NCBI GenBank assembly: GCA_016861265.1
Contig: BOLA01000001.1
Location: 395,569-459,568, forward strand
DNA: 64,000 bases
From: Patescibacteria group bacterium
Lineage (GTDB): Bacteria > Patescibacteriota > Dojkabacteria > J137
Direction: 5' to 3'
Positions within the stretch are counted from its first letter, which is position 1. Every line of letters begins with the position of its first letter. Under the pieces are notes generated by a model. That model was not told where the DNA came from. It searched no databases and was given only the letters and a program-made list of their open reading frames with translations. The position numbers and the translations under genes are program-made. This document shows positions 1 to 10,144 of the stretch, piece after piece.

Positions 1-251
1 GCAATTTTTAAAGCGTCAGTAAAGTCTGTATGCTCAACTTCTTCAATGAATTTAATTACATCCCCTGCCTTACCGCATCCAAAACATTTAAAAATCTGCA
101 GTGATGGATTTACAGTAAAGGAAGGAGTTTTTTCGGAGTGAAATGGACAGCAGGCCTTATAGTTGGCTCCTGCTTTTTTTAAATCCGGCACATAAGAAGC
201 TATAACGTCTACTATATCAAGTTTTGATTTTATTTCCTCTATGTCTGCCAT
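1..251 (-). CDS. dnaG: DNA primase, N-terminal CHC2 zinc finger (runs off window)
   Basis: Manual translation from ATG at 251: MADIEEIKSKLDIVDVIASYVPDLKKAGANYKACCPFHSEKTPSFTVNPSLQIFKCFGCGKAGDVIKFIEE; CPFH..EKTPSF..CFGC motif. Not in the ORF track. Confidence 0.96.
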   Translation of the reverse strand, partial: MADIEEIKSKLDIVDVIASYVPDLKKAGANYKACCPFHSEKTPSFTVNPSLQIFKCFGCGKAGDVIKFIEEVEHTDFTDALKI

Positions 252-448
252 ATTTTATACATTTGTATACTAGATTATACCCAATGTATACCTAATACCG
301 CGATTATTTTATATTAGCTTTAGCTAATAAACAATTAGACCAATTTCTGACAAAATATGACTTAAACCTGGCTTACTTTCCTATCTGTTTTTGCTTAAGT
401 CATATACCTAAGGTATACCATTATGTAGAATTATTTCTATCACCTATT

Positions 449-919
449 TTAAAGTAGATAGAACAACAGAAAGATTAAAAAAATTGGTATGGCAAATTTA
501 AGAAACTTTAACAGTGTAAAATCTTTTTCCAGAGCTCTGAAATTATTAAGCTTATCTTCGTCAAAATCCCAGTCCGGAGTATCTTTTAAAATATCAGGAG
601 CTGATTCCTTTAACTTAGTAATCATTTCTTCATAATCTTCATCGGATATTGTTTCCTGGTTAAGAGCGTTATTTAGTAATGTAAAGTTTTTGAAATATTC
701 AAAATGCTCAGTGGTTAATCGAGTTGCCTTGTCGCATACCGGACAAGATAAATAATATTTTGTACTGTAAGGCACCACAGGTATAAAGAAGAATTCAAAA
801 TAAGTTGTAACCTTAGATAAATGCCATTTTGATACATTCTTACAGTTATTGCACTCATGTGTGTAGACTGGGCCGTAATTAGTAAATTTTTTATGTCCCC
901 AACCGAAAAGTATTAACAT
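449..919 (-). CDS. zinc-ribbon domain membrane protein
   Basis: FGWG..GPV..CNNC..FFFIPVVPY..CPVC pattern (zinc_ribbon_15-like); C-terminal hydrophobic helix. Confidence 0.7.
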   Translation of the reverse strand: MLILFGWGHKKFTNYGPVYTHECNNCKNVSKWHLSKVTTYFEFFFIPVVPYSTKYYLSCPVCDKATRLTTEHFEYFKNFTLLNNALNQETISDEDYEEMITKLKESAPDILKDTPDWDFDEDKLNNFRALEKDFTLLKFLKFAIPIFLIFLLFYLL

Positions 920-1054
920 ACAATCAAATAGGATAATTAATTACATGGATTTTAACACTAAGACCAATACAATTACATTACAAGCCTCGCGATATTCAAA
1001 TAAAGCTATTTGTGTATATAATGAGCATAAATCATAACTTTTTAAATAAAACTT

Positions 1055-1525
1055 ATGCAGGTATATATTGCAGCTGATCATGGTGGATTCGAGCTTAAGG
1101 ACAAAATTAAACACTTACTTTTAAGTATGGATATTACCCCAATAGACTGTGGCGCAGATAGTGTTGACCCCGAAGATGACTATCCTACATACGCATTAAA
1201 ATTATGCAATAAACTTACAGACGACAATATTGAAGGTGCAATAGGGATACTAATATGTAGATCCGGAGTAGGAATGTCTATTGTCGCTAATAAGGTTAAA
1301 GGTGTATACGCTGCACTATGTACAGCACAAGAACAGGCCATTAAAGCCCGAGAACATAATAATGCTAATGTTATATGTTTAGACGCAGATTATCAGGACG
1401 ATCAGTTGCATTTTGATGTAGTAAAAGCGTTTCTAACTACCGAATTTGCAGGCTGGGATTCAAGACACGGACGAAGACTTAAGCAGATCCTGGATTACGA
1501 AAATAACCATTTAAGCAGAGCTTAA
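1055..1525 (+). CDS. rpiB: ribose-5-phosphate isomerase B
   Basis: ADHGGFELK, DYP, CRSGVGMSIVANKVKG, AREHNNANV, RH..R motifs. Confidence 0.95.
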   Translation: MQVYIAADHGGFELKDKIKHLLLSMDITPIDCGADSVDPEDDYPTYALKLCNKLTDDNIEGAIGILICRSGVGMSIVANKVKGVYAALCTAQEQAIKAREHNNANVICLDADYQDDQLHFDVVKAFLTTEFAGWDSRHGRRLKQILDYENNHLSRA

Positions 1526-1534
1526 GAAAGAAAG

Positions 1535-1555
1535 AAGGGCGCCAAAGACGCCCTT
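1535..1555. terminator. intrinsic terminator between convergent genes
   Basis: AAGGGCG/CGCCCTT stem; U-rich tail on the minus strand. Confidence 0.7.
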
Positions 1556-1567
1556 TAAATAGCCTTA

Positions 1568-2221
1568 TTATTTAGCTGTAGAACTTATAGTTAAGATCAT
1601 ATCCTCACCTGCCTCTGTTGATCCTAATACAGAAATCAAAACCTCTCTTTGAGAGTTTTCGTACTCTAGTATGTTACCAAATATATTAACTTCGGATTTT
1701 AGTTCGTAACCTGCAGTTTCCATTTTAGTTTTATAAAATGCTACCACATCGTTTAAATTAGCCTTTAATGCAAATGTAACAGACGAAGTTTCTTTACCCT
1801 GATCGTTTACATCGGAAGCACTAAACGAAGCAGTTGCACCACTGTAAATAGGAATATCACTTGGAAAGTTTGATGGCAATGACGTTCCAACACTAAAACT
1901 TCCTGATCCGTCAGATGAATTAAAAGTATAAGTATCATCTTCTGTATTTGAGTCACTTGAAGTATTGTACATAGAGTTTAGTACAGTATTTGTAAATGAA
2001 CTGTTTAGTGTATCAGAAGCTCTATTCAATACTTGTGTAAAAACTACCCACGCAGCTCCAGCGCAAACAACACATAAACAAAGTAATATAACTAAGATAA
2101 TAATAATCTTTGGTAATGCTGAGCCTGATTTTTTTTCCTCAACTTTTGTAGTTGTGGTAGCTGTAGTTTCCGGCTTAACATCAGCAGTAATCGTATCTGA
2201 GTTTTTTACTTCTTCGGACAT
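1568..2221 (-). CDS. hypothetical single-pass membrane protein
   Basis: Cys-rich TM helix, Ser/Thr linker, LPSNFPSDIPIY-type extracellular domain. Confidence 0.7.
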   Translation of the reverse strand: MSEEVKNSDTITADVKPETTATTTTKVEEKKSGSALPKIIIILVILLCLCVVCAGAAWVVFTQVLNRASDTLNSSFTNTVLNSMYNTSSDSNTEDDTYTFNSSDGSGSFSVGTSLPSNFPSDIPIYSGATASFSASDVNDQGKETSSVTFALKANLNDVVAFYKTKMETAGYELKSEVNIFGNILEYENSQREVLISVLGSTEAGEDMILTISSTAK

Positions 2222-2282
2222 AGATTTATTTTAAAAATTAATTGTGATTAAAATATAGCAGTATAGCAGGGGCATTACAAGG

Positions 2283-2963
2283 TTACAGATCACTCAGATT
2301 AAAATTAGTCCAGGGGTCAGAATTAGGAGGCGTAGTTCTGAATGTAACCAATTCCTTAGAGACCGGATGAAAGAAGCTTAGCTTATATGCCCATAGAGCT
2401 ATTGGTGTTTTACTGTCTCTAATGCCATCTATATACAAACTATCTCCCACTATTGCATGCCCTATCTTTGAAAGCTGCACCCTTATCTGGTGAGCTCTTC
2501 CCGTCTTTAGTGCAACTTCAACTAACGAGTAACCATTTTTTACATCCATTACCTTAAAGCTTAACTCAGCATATTTTGAATTATTTACCTCATCATCGAA
2601 TGCAATACTCCTTCTCTGTTCCTCAGATTTTACGAGGTAATGTTTTAGTGTTTGTTCTTTTTCTTTTATCGCACCTTTAACAACAGCTAGATAAGTCTTC
2701 TGAAATTTGTGACTTTGTATTTGCTTGGATAATCTTGCTGCTGCCTTTGAAGTTTTGGCAAAGACCATTACCCCTCCAACATTCTTATCGAGTCTATGTA
2801 CTAATCCGACAAAAACATTGCCTGGTTTATCGTATTTTTGCTTAATATATTTCTTTAATTCGGTTAATATGTCGGGATCACCCGTTATATCAGACTGTGA
2901 AAGCAATCCAAAAGGTTTTTCAGCAACAATAATGTGGTTATCTTCGAAGAGTATTCTAATCAT
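2283..2963 (-). CDS. RluA-family RNA pseudouridine synthase
   Basis: KP.GLLSQ, VHRLDKNVGG, TGRAHQIRVQL, GD.LY motifs. Confidence 0.93.
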   Translation of the reverse strand: MIRILFEDNHIIVAEKPFGLLSQSDITGDPDILTELKKYIKQKYDKPGNVFVGLVHRLDKNVGGVMVFAKTSKAAARLSKQIQSHKFQKTYLAVVKGAIKEKEQTLKHYLVKSEEQRRSIAFDDEVNNSKYAELSFKVMDVKNGYSLVEVALKTGRAHQIRVQLSKIGHAIVGDSLYIDGIRDSKTPIALWAYKLSFFHPVSKELVTFRTTPPNSDPWTNFNLSDL

Positions 2964-3831
2964 TTATCTGTGCTAATCCGTAAAGCCCTGCGGGAAGAAT
3001 AAAACCTCTATTTGAGTCCTTTAGACCGACTTCCCCTGATTGAATCAAGAATTTGCTGCCAAGATTATCTTTTAGAATATTTTCTAGTGCAACCGATGAA
3101 AAGGTAGTCGCGTAGGCATTTACTAAGAAGAATAATGGATCCTCTATAATGCGGCTGCACGAGGCAACTAAATCGCTTAAATTATTCTCAATCTCCCAGA
3201 GTTGGCCTGTTGGGCCTCTTCCGTATGCAGGGGGGTCCATTATAATTCCAGAATACTTATTGCCCCTTCTTTCTTCCCTTTCTACGAATTTTAGTACGTC
3301 CTCAACTATAAATCTTGTACCAATACCGTCAAGCCCTGAATCTATTATATTTTGTCGAGCAATGGTAGTCATTCCCTTTGATGCATCAATGTGGGTAACA
3401 ATTGCCCCTGCTGCTGTACAGGCAGCGGTTGCTCCTCCTGTATACGCAAACAGGTTTAAAATTTTTATATCTTTAGAACCGTTTATACTTTTTCTTTTTG
3501 AAATTAATTCTGTTAGTTTTTCCCAATTAACTGCCTGCTCGGGAAATAGACCGGTATGCTTAAACTGGGTTGGTCTAATATTGAATGTTAGCTGCTTGTA
3601 GTTAATTTGCCAGTCTTGTGGAACACTTGTTAACTCCTCCCAATGTCCGCCCCCTGAGTTACTTCTGTGATAAATCATGTCAGGATTTTCCCATTGTTTT
3701 ATAGAGTTATCTCTATTCCAAATTGCCTGGGGATCCGGTCTTCGTAGAATATATTGCCCCCATCGCTCCAATTTCTCACCATTTCCTGAATCTAGTAGTT
3801 CATAGTCCTGCCATTCTTTTGGAAATTCCAT
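2956..3831 (-). CDS. class I SAM-dependent methyltransferase (RlmI/RlmK-like)
   Basis: DSGNGEKLERWG, HTGLFPEQ, LNLFAYTGG, DPPAYGRG motifs. Confidence 0.88.
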   Translation of the reverse strand: MEFPKEWQDYELLDSGNGEKLERWGQYILRRPDPQAIWNRDNSIKQWENPDMIYHRSNSGGGHWEELTSVPQDWQINYKQLTFNIRPTQFKHTGLFPEQAVNWEKLTELISKRKSINGSKDIKILNLFAYTGGATAACTAAGAIVTHIDASKGMTTIARQNIIDSGLDGIGTRFIVEDVLKFVEREERRGNKYSGIIMDPPAYGRGPTGQLWEIENNLSDLVASCSRIIEDPLFFLVNAYATTFSSVALENILKDNLGSKFLIQSGEVGLKDSNRGFILPAGLYGLAQIND

Positions 3832-3933
3832 TTTTATAATCTTAAATTTATATTGTAATTTTAGCAGAAACTTTGAATTGACTTAAATATACGGGTGTGA
3901 CAAACTTTAAGAACCACTTTTAAGCGAAAAAAT

Positions 3934-4656
3934 ATGCTAAAAATTAATAAGACAAAACTTTTAGGCTTCTATAAACTTACACGAGTACGAACAATAATGG
4001 ATTTCTATCCTTTTCTTGTGATATTTGGAATTTTAAGTACAAGAACATATATAAATCTACTTAGTATTGTAGTATCTGTAAGTATTTTACTCCTACTTAT
4101 TGGCTCTTTTATTATAAACGATATTGAAGACTCAGAAGATGATGCGAAGGATCCAAAAAAAGTAAATAGAAATCCAATCTCTGCGGGAATAATATCAAAA
4201 AAGGAAGGATATCTTTTTTATATTGCTACAAATGTAGTGGCTCTACTTCCTCTACTATTTATTAATAATCAGATATTCCTAGTAGGAACCCTGGCAGCTA
4301 TTATTGGCTATGTCTACTCATGCTTACCATTAAGGCTTAAATCAAGACCTATTGTAGATATACTTTCCCACGGGTTCTTTCTTGCAGGAGTACAAGTGAT
4401 TATGTATGCCTTATTACCTGACAATTTGACTGATAGCAGAACACTAATTGTATTTGTAGGTTTATACCTATTTTCCATGGGTGGGGATTTATACAACGAA
4501 GTCAGGGACTGGAAGGTAGACAGGGAGGTTGGTTTAAAGAATTCTGCCTCATTTCTAGGTTTTAATCTAGCACGCTACGTGAGCTACCTCTTTTATATTG
4601 TCGGAGTTCTGCTAATTACAATAGCTTCAATACTAATAGTCTTTAAGATTAATTAA
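3934..4656 (+). CDS. UbiA-superfamily prenyltransferase
   Basis: NDIEDSEDD..NRNPI and NEVRDWKVD Asp-rich motifs, YS..PLRLKSRP, multiple TM helices. Confidence 0.88.
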   Translation: MLKINKTKLLGFYKLTRVRTIMDFYPFLVIFGILSTRTYINLLSIVVSVSILLLLIGSFIINDIEDSEDDAKDPKKVNRNPISAGIISKKEGYLFYIATNVVALLPLLFINNQIFLVGTLAAIIGYVYSCLPLRLKSRPIVDILSHGFFLAGVQVIMYALLPDNLTDSRTLIVFVGLYLFSMGGDLYNEVRDWKVDREVGLKNSASFLGFNLARYVSYLFYIVGVLLITIASILIVFKIN

Positions 4657-4657
4657 T

Positions 4658-4682
4658 AAAAAACCCGCCTAACGGCGGGTTA
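4658..4682 (-). terminator. intrinsic terminator after greA
   Basis: AACCCGCC/GGCGGGTT stem with U-tract on the minus strand. Confidence 0.8.
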
Positions 4683-4700
4683 AAATTTATCGAATCAATC

Positions 4701-5225
4701 TTACGCAGCCTTTACAAATTTATTAATCTTGTACTGATTTACTTTTCCACTTGGTAATTTTACTTCCACAATATCCCCTATTTTTGCGTTTAGAACGGCT
4801 TTACCAATAGGTGAGTCTGTAGATAATTTTCCTTCTGTAGGGTTTGCAGATTTGCTTTCCTCAGATCCTACCAAAATAATATTTCTCTTTTGACTGTTTT
4901 CAACATTCTCGATTTCGATTGTTTCACCAACATTTACAATGTTATCGGTGTTTGTTGCTTGGTCATCTACTATATAAACCAATGCAATAATGCTCTCTAA
5001 CTCATTAATTCTGTTTTCATTCATTTCTTTCTTTTCCATAGCTACTGTGTAGGCATGGTTTTCTGAAAGATCTCCCAATTCTCTAGCCGCAGAAATCTCT
5101 TCTGCTATTTCAGGCCTAAGTTCCTCAATTCTGTGACTTAACTCTTTTTTTAGCTCATCATATGAGCTTTGAGTCATAGTTATTTGATTTTCGTTCTGTT
5201 TTGTTGTTTTTTTTGTTCTTGCCAT
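4701..5225 (-). CDS. greA: transcription elongation factor GreA
   Basis: ARELGDLSENHAY and S.DSPIGKAVL motifs. Confidence 0.95.
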   Translation of the reverse strand: MARTKKTTKQNENQITMTQSSYDELKKELSHRIEELRPEIAEEISAARELGDLSENHAYTVAMEKKEMNENRINELESIIALVYIVDDQATNTDNIVNVGETIEIENVENSQKRNIILVGSEESKSANPTEGKLSTDSPIGKAVLNAKIGDIVEVKLPSGKVNQYKINKFVKAA

Positions 5226-5323
5226 AATTATTTACCTTTTTTTAATAAATTAGGTTCATACCAACCTTTTCTAGGGTATTTATTTTAACAGACTAATAAT
5301 AACATATGCAAGTCCTAAAAATG

Positions 5324-8300
5324 TTATTTTTTTAGGACAATCTTAACATAAGTGTCATTTTTAGGCTGACTGGTAAATGCGAAGGAATTACCATTTTGTC
5401 CGACCTGAGGGACAAACTCCTCTATTCTCAGAGTTGGGTCAGCTGTTACTTTCATGTCAAGAGTGTTTGAACCACCCCTGATCTTTAATATACCATAAGT
5501 AACCTCTCTTAAGGAGTCACTTGTTATTTTTCCAACTGGTGCGGTCTTCCATTTAAGGCTCACATTCGATTCCGATATTACCATAATATTGGTACATTTT
5601 TCTTCGTTATACGTAGCTTTAACGTACCTTTCTATAGGAATATTATCCACCACAATTGAAGAATCGGAGATGCTTGCCGGTAAGCACAAGGAGATCTCAG
5701 CAGTTGATGCCAGATTAGGAAATCTAAAGCTTAGTTTATTATCTAAACTCAAATCTGAATTAACCTGACTTTCTATGGCAGTGGTAAAGCTAGGCATTTT
5801 GTCTGAACCCAGATATTTTGGATCGTTAATGCTGAAAGCCAAGTCTACAGGCAACGAATTGTTAAGTACTGCAGACTGATTAAAGTCATTACTTACAATA
5901 TAATCTTGGTACTCTAAACCGGAAGTCGAGGTAAGTAAGTCTCTGTTTAACGCACTATTTGTAAGGTTTGCAACTAAGCCAGCTGAATTCATCTTAAGTA
6001 CATCTATTATATTATTCAAAACAAAGCCCGCAAGCTGAGCAAAAATTGCGTTTCTACTCCTTGAGTTCTGATTATCACTTTGTGCTAACTGAATTTGCCT
6101 TAACACATCGTCCTTCCCGAAGGTCACAGAATTAATCTCAACAGTTCTTCCAGTATTATCATTTACAAAATGAACAAGGGAATTCAAAGAATCTGCATTT
6201 ATTGTAACTACCCCTGATATTTCTCTGGAAAAGCTTTCCTTGAAGACTTTGGAAATAATAGTATTAAAGTCATCAATATTTTTAATACTCGCTAAATCGT
6301 TAATTGTAATATTAGCCTTTGTTTTTATGCCGAATTTCCTTAAATTTATTAATTGCAGGTCAGATTCCGATAAAGTATTAAACTTAAAGTTAGTATCGTC
6401 TGTGGATTGAACTACGGTTTCAACAATACTACCCTTGTTCATGGTAACCATTGCATAAGCGCTAATATATCCACCTAGAGGTGATGGAATGGTATTATCG
6501 AGAATAACAAATAAATAGGTCTTTGGTGAATCAATTCCAAATAAGGAGTTAAAATATTTAACAGTATCCATGTTTTCAGTTGTTAATGCCACTGAGTTAA
6601 TTTTTGTATTTAGTGGATTAAGATTCTGAACAAGAAAGTCCGGAATTAAACTGTAGTTTAGGGAATTAATTATTCCTGAACTTTTTTGAATTTTAGCTAT
6701 TCCATCTTGAACATAAGGAAACGAATTATTTAATTGAGCGAATATATCGGAGTAATCTAAGCCTGAACTAGACAAAGATACGTAACTATCAGTGGCAGCC
6801 CTTGCAACTGTATTATTTTGCAGATTTTTCAAATACGTATTAAAAGGCTCTAATCCTTTACTAAGATTCTTAGCTCCATCAATAAAAATTGAATATGCCT
6901 CGAGATTCTTTTGGACTTCGTTATACTGATTATCTAATGCTAGTAAACTTGCAAGACCTTGAAATTTGGTAAATATATTTCTTGTATCTTCAAAATGGAA
7001 ACTTACAGTATCTAAGTTTGATTTTATCTCGGAAAAATTCCCCTTGCTTACACTCTTCTCTATCTGGGAAACTTCTGGATATAGAATCAAAAGATTTCTA
7101 CCCAAAGCAATTACTGGTGAAAAGTAATTAATATAAAAGATTACTAAAACAACAATTACGCCAAGCATCAAAACTATTTGAGATGGCGATTTATTTTTAA
7201 ATATATTAAAGCTTTCGCCCAGTCCTCTAAAGAAACTCCACAGTCCATCCTCTAGCTTTTCTCTAAAAGTTTTCTTAGGTCTTCTTCTTTTTTGAGACGC
7301 CTGAGCTGCATTTGTAATACTCTGTTTCTTAAGTTCCTCCTGACGTTTTCTTTCTGCTATTAATCTGCTGACTGCACCTGCTTCTGAAGACATTGTTGTG
7401 TCTGTTTCTGCTAATGCTAGAAATCCTTTAATCTTATCTACTAGATTATTATTATTTTTAGTTAATGATTTGTTTTCTAATATGAATATCTTTGCTGCTG
7501 CCAATGACTGCTTTACTGCTTTATCAAAATTAACTTTTGGATTCCACCCAATGGACGATAAGTTTGGGGCAGGTTTATATAACTTAAGCGGCGGAAGATT
7601 ATCTGTTTCATCAAGAAAAATTATTTCTCTTGCATCTGAATCGTATTCCTGAATCTTATATGCAACAGAAAGATTAGTAAAAGGGGTTTCGTAAGTTAAC
7701 GAATAGATTTCTCCAGTTGTTACTCTAGAGAATTGTGCTTTTATAATACCGTAGGCTGCATCTAATATATTCACATACCACTCGGTGTCCAAGCCGTCTT
7801 TTCTTAACCTAATTTGATTATTAGTTACAGCATCTAAAAGGATTTGAGTAAATGCAGTACTATTATTAAAGTCTATACCATCTCCAATAAGCTCACCTAG
7901 TCTGATTATTCTTATATCCAACTTTTCACGTTCAAAATATTCAATTGCTAAACTTTCAGCATATTTTTGTAACTCCATTTCTGTGTAAATTGTATGTCTT
8001 GAAGAGCTTATCCCATAACCATATTCAAGATTTAAATCTTGTTTTGAAAGTATCAATTGATGAGCTTTTATTGAAGTAGTCAATAAAAATTTAGCATTGA
8101 ATTTCTTTGCTAAGTTCAGCGATGCGTCTAAGTAATTTGATAAATTCAAGAATTCACTTGTTGAGATCTTCTTATTTAGGTCTTCGGAATCGTGTTGAAA
8201 GTAGAATACGTAGTCGAGTCTTCTAATATCTTCATCGAGATGTGGAATTGCTGTGTAATCCAAGAAACTGATTAAAGCGTTATTTGAAAATACGCTTAGC

Positions 8301-8461
8301 TTTGCATCGGCATCGGGTGTATACGCATCCACAATAATTACATAACCTCCTTGCTCAATTAAGGAATCTGCTATTTCTAAACCAAGCTTATTTAGTCCTC
8401 CAATAATTACTGAAGTAGGATATTTAATTGTATTTTTTAATCTGTATTTTTCCGGAATCAT
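5324..8461 (-). CDS. degenerate NAD-dependent epimerase/SDR domain fused via a TM helix to a large DUF4012-like extracellular domain
   Basis: N-terminal Rossmann/extended-SDR layout (DIRIIRLG, YVNILDAAYG, IGWNPKVNF); TM near aa 430-450; KTYLFVILDNT..P.GGYISAYA motif. Confidence 0.65.
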   Translation of the reverse strand: MIPEKYRLKNTIKYPTSVIIGGLNKLGLEIADSLIEQGGYVIIVDAYTPDADAKLSVFSNNALISFLDYTAIPHLDEDIRRLDYVFYFQHDSEDLNKKISTSEFLNLSNYLDASLNLAKKFNAKFLLTTSIKAHQLILSKQDLNLEYGYGISSSRHTIYTEMELQKYAESLAIEYFEREKLDIRIIRLGELIGDGIDFNNSTAFTQILLDAVTNNQIRLRKDGLDTEWYVNILDAAYGIIKAQFSRVTTGEIYSLTYETPFTNLSVAYKIQEYDSDAREIIFLDETDNLPPLKLYKPAPNLSSIGWNPKVNFDKAVKQSLAAAKIFILENKSLTKNNNNLVDKIKGFLALAETDTTMSSEAGAVSRLIAERKRQEELKKQSITNAAQASQKRRRPKKTFREKLEDGLWSFFRGLGESFNIFKNKSPSQIVLMLGVIVVLVIFYINYFSPVIALGRNLLILYPEVSQIEKSVSKGNFSEIKSNLDTVSFHFEDTRNIFTKFQGLASLLALDNQYNEVQKNLEAYSIFIDGAKNLSKGLEPFNTYLKNLQNNTVARAATDSYVSLSSSGLDYSDIFAQLNNSFPYVQDGIAKIQKSSGIINSLNYSLIPDFLVQNLNPLNTKINSVALTTENMDTVKYFNSLFGIDSPKTYLFVILDNTIPSPLGGYISAYAMVTMNKGSIVETVVQSTDDTNFKFNTLSESDLQLINLRKFGIKTKANITINDLASIKNIDDFNTIISKVFKESFSREISGVVTINADSLNSLVHFVNDNTGRTVEINSVTFGKDDVLRQIQLAQSDNQNSRSRNAIFAQLAGFVLNNIIDVLKMNSAGLVANLTNSALNRDLLTSTSGLEYQDYIVSNDFNQSAVLNNSLPVDLAFSINDPKYLGSDKMPSFTTAIESQVNSDLSLDNKLSFRFPNLASTAEISLCLPASISDSSIVVDNIPIERYVKATYNEEKCTNIMVISESNVSLKWKTAPVGKITSDSLREVTYGILKIRGGSNTLDMKVTADPTLRIEEFVPQVGQNGNSFAFTSQPKNDTYVKIVLKK

Positions 8462-8479
8462 TATTAATCTAAATTACTC

Positions 8480-9166
8480 TTAAATGTTATTCACTTCAAC
8501 AGGTTGCAACATTAATTGTATGTCAACGTTAAAATCAGAATTCTTTAACTTATCACGATCACTCTGCATTTCGGGTAACAAGGTAAATACTAACGACTCG
8601 TAACCGGATTTGCCAATTTTAATTTCATGCTGCCTGGAAAAATCTACAGACATTACCTTTGTATTGCTTTCAACTTTTTCTACAGGAAGGCCATCGAAAG
8701 TTAAATTAAAATCCTTTGTATTTACAGTAATATTTAATTTAGAATCCGAATTAGAATTTTCTTTTTTGGTTGTGTAAATTATGTGGCCTTCGGAAAAAAC
8801 TTCGTCAGGACCAATGTTATACCCTATTACAACGGCTGAGTTTTCTTCAAATGTAATTAATTTATTGAATGTAGAATACGAATCTGCAAATTCCCCTGTC
8901 CTTTTTAAGGTCACTAGATGATCACCCGGAGTAACTCTATCCAGTATAAATGGAGAGATATCGGGAGTTACTTTTGCTACTGAATTATTATCTATAAACA
9001 CTTCTATTTCACCTGCCAAAGAACTAACCTGTAAGCCGGAAATTGAATCCGGTTTTCTTACACCAAAAAGATTAGCCAAATCAATGTTCCACCTTAACCA
9101 AGGCGACCAAATTGCCAGAAGTACTAGAACTACTATAGTTAATGTTGCAAATAAGATTTTTTTCAT
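8480..9166 (-). CDS. exported PEGA-like domain protein
   Basis: N-terminal anchor; LQVSS..EVFIDN..VTPGDHLVTLKR pattern. Confidence 0.55.
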   Translation of the reverse strand: MKKILFATLTIVVLVLLAIWSPWLRWNIDLANLFGVRKPDSISGLQVSSLAGEIEVFIDNNSVAKVTPDISPFILDRVTPGDHLVTLKRTGEFADSYSTFNKLITFEENSAVVIGYNIGPDEVFSEGHIIYTTKKENSNSDSKLNITVNTKDFNLTFDGLPVEKVESNTKVMSVDFSRQHEIKIGKSGYESLVFTLLPEMQSDRDKLKNSDFNVDIQLMLQPVEVNNI

Positions 9167-9253
9167 AATTATGTGATTATCCCAACATAATTATTCTACA
9201 AGAAATGCAAATAAGATTAAAGCACGTAATTTATTGCTGAAAAGAAAATTCGC

Positions 9254-10144
9254 TTATTTAGCCCAAGACTTTAATAACTCCACCTGCTGCATTGCACCTT
9301 CGGGAGTATCAAGCGCAGGAGTTTCTAATACAAAATCTTTATCTTTTAATTTAGGATGATTCAAAAATGCAGTCATTGCCTTTTCACCAATTTTTGCATC
9401 AGGACTACCTAAATTTTCATGCCTATCCTTATTTGAACCCAGATCAGTCTTTGAGTCATTAAAGTGAATTACAGGAATCTTATTTAAATCTAAAAGTTTA
9501 TCCGCATGCTCTACTACATTATCAAGCTCATTTACTAAGTCGTAACCGGAGGCAAACATATGCTGAGTGTCAAGGCAAAAGCCCAATTTATGCTTATGCT
9601 CATCTTTTACACCTGCATAAATCTCGGCTAACTCTTCAAATCTATCACCAACAACATTTCCCGAACCCGCTGCTACTTCAAGAAATAATTTAGGCTTATC
9701 CCAGAATTGTTTACTAGCACTTGGCATTTCATCGACAGTATCAAAAATCCAATTCAAACCATAAATTACTCTGTCGTACCCTGTCTTTTGGTCAGGTTGA
9801 TCCTTTAAAGATCCTGTATGAAAGATTACACCATCTCCATTAATTTGACGCAGCAAATCTAAATGATGAACTAGCGATAGTTTAGACAGGTGGAATTTCT
9901 GCTTATCGGGATTCGCCAAATTTATTAAATAGATACCATGAAAGTAAACTTTTTGTATATTTGTATCTAGTGTTTTTGCTTTATTATATTTTTCAATTGC
10001 TTCTTCTTTGAATGGTTGAGAATTCCATCTCTGTGGAGGGGCCGGGTGAGTCATAACAGTATTGATATTCAACTGATTGCCTCTTTCAATAATATTGAAT
10101 AATCCTCCTGCACACGAAACAAAGGCTCCGAGATTTCTTTGCAT
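9254..10144 (-). CDS. nfo: endonuclease IV (AP endonuclease)
   Basis: HG.YLINLA, FHTGS, LE..AG.G, CLDTQH.FASGYD, HFNDSK, DRHENLG, LETP zinc-ligand motifs. Confidence 0.95.
   Translation of the reverse strand: MQRNLGAFVSCAGGLFNIIERGNQLNINTVMTHPAPPQRWNSQPFKEEAIEKYNKAKTLDTNIQKVYFHGIYLINLANPDKQKFHLSKLSLVHHLDLLRQINGDGVIFHTGSLKDQPDQKTGYDRVIYGLNWIFDTVDEMPSASKQFWDKPKLFLEVAAGSGNVVGDRFEELAEIYAGVKDEHKHKLGFCLDTQHMFASGYDLVNELDNVVEHADKLLDLNKIPVIHFNDSKTDLGSNKDRHENLGSPDAKIGEKAMTAFLNHPKLKDKDFVLETPALDTPEGAMQQVELLKSWAK

Noticed and set aside
945-1037. 30-codon ORF between the divergent zinc-ribbon gene and rpiB
   Set aside because: No SD, non-consensus -10, and it overlaps the likely promoters; consistent with chance.
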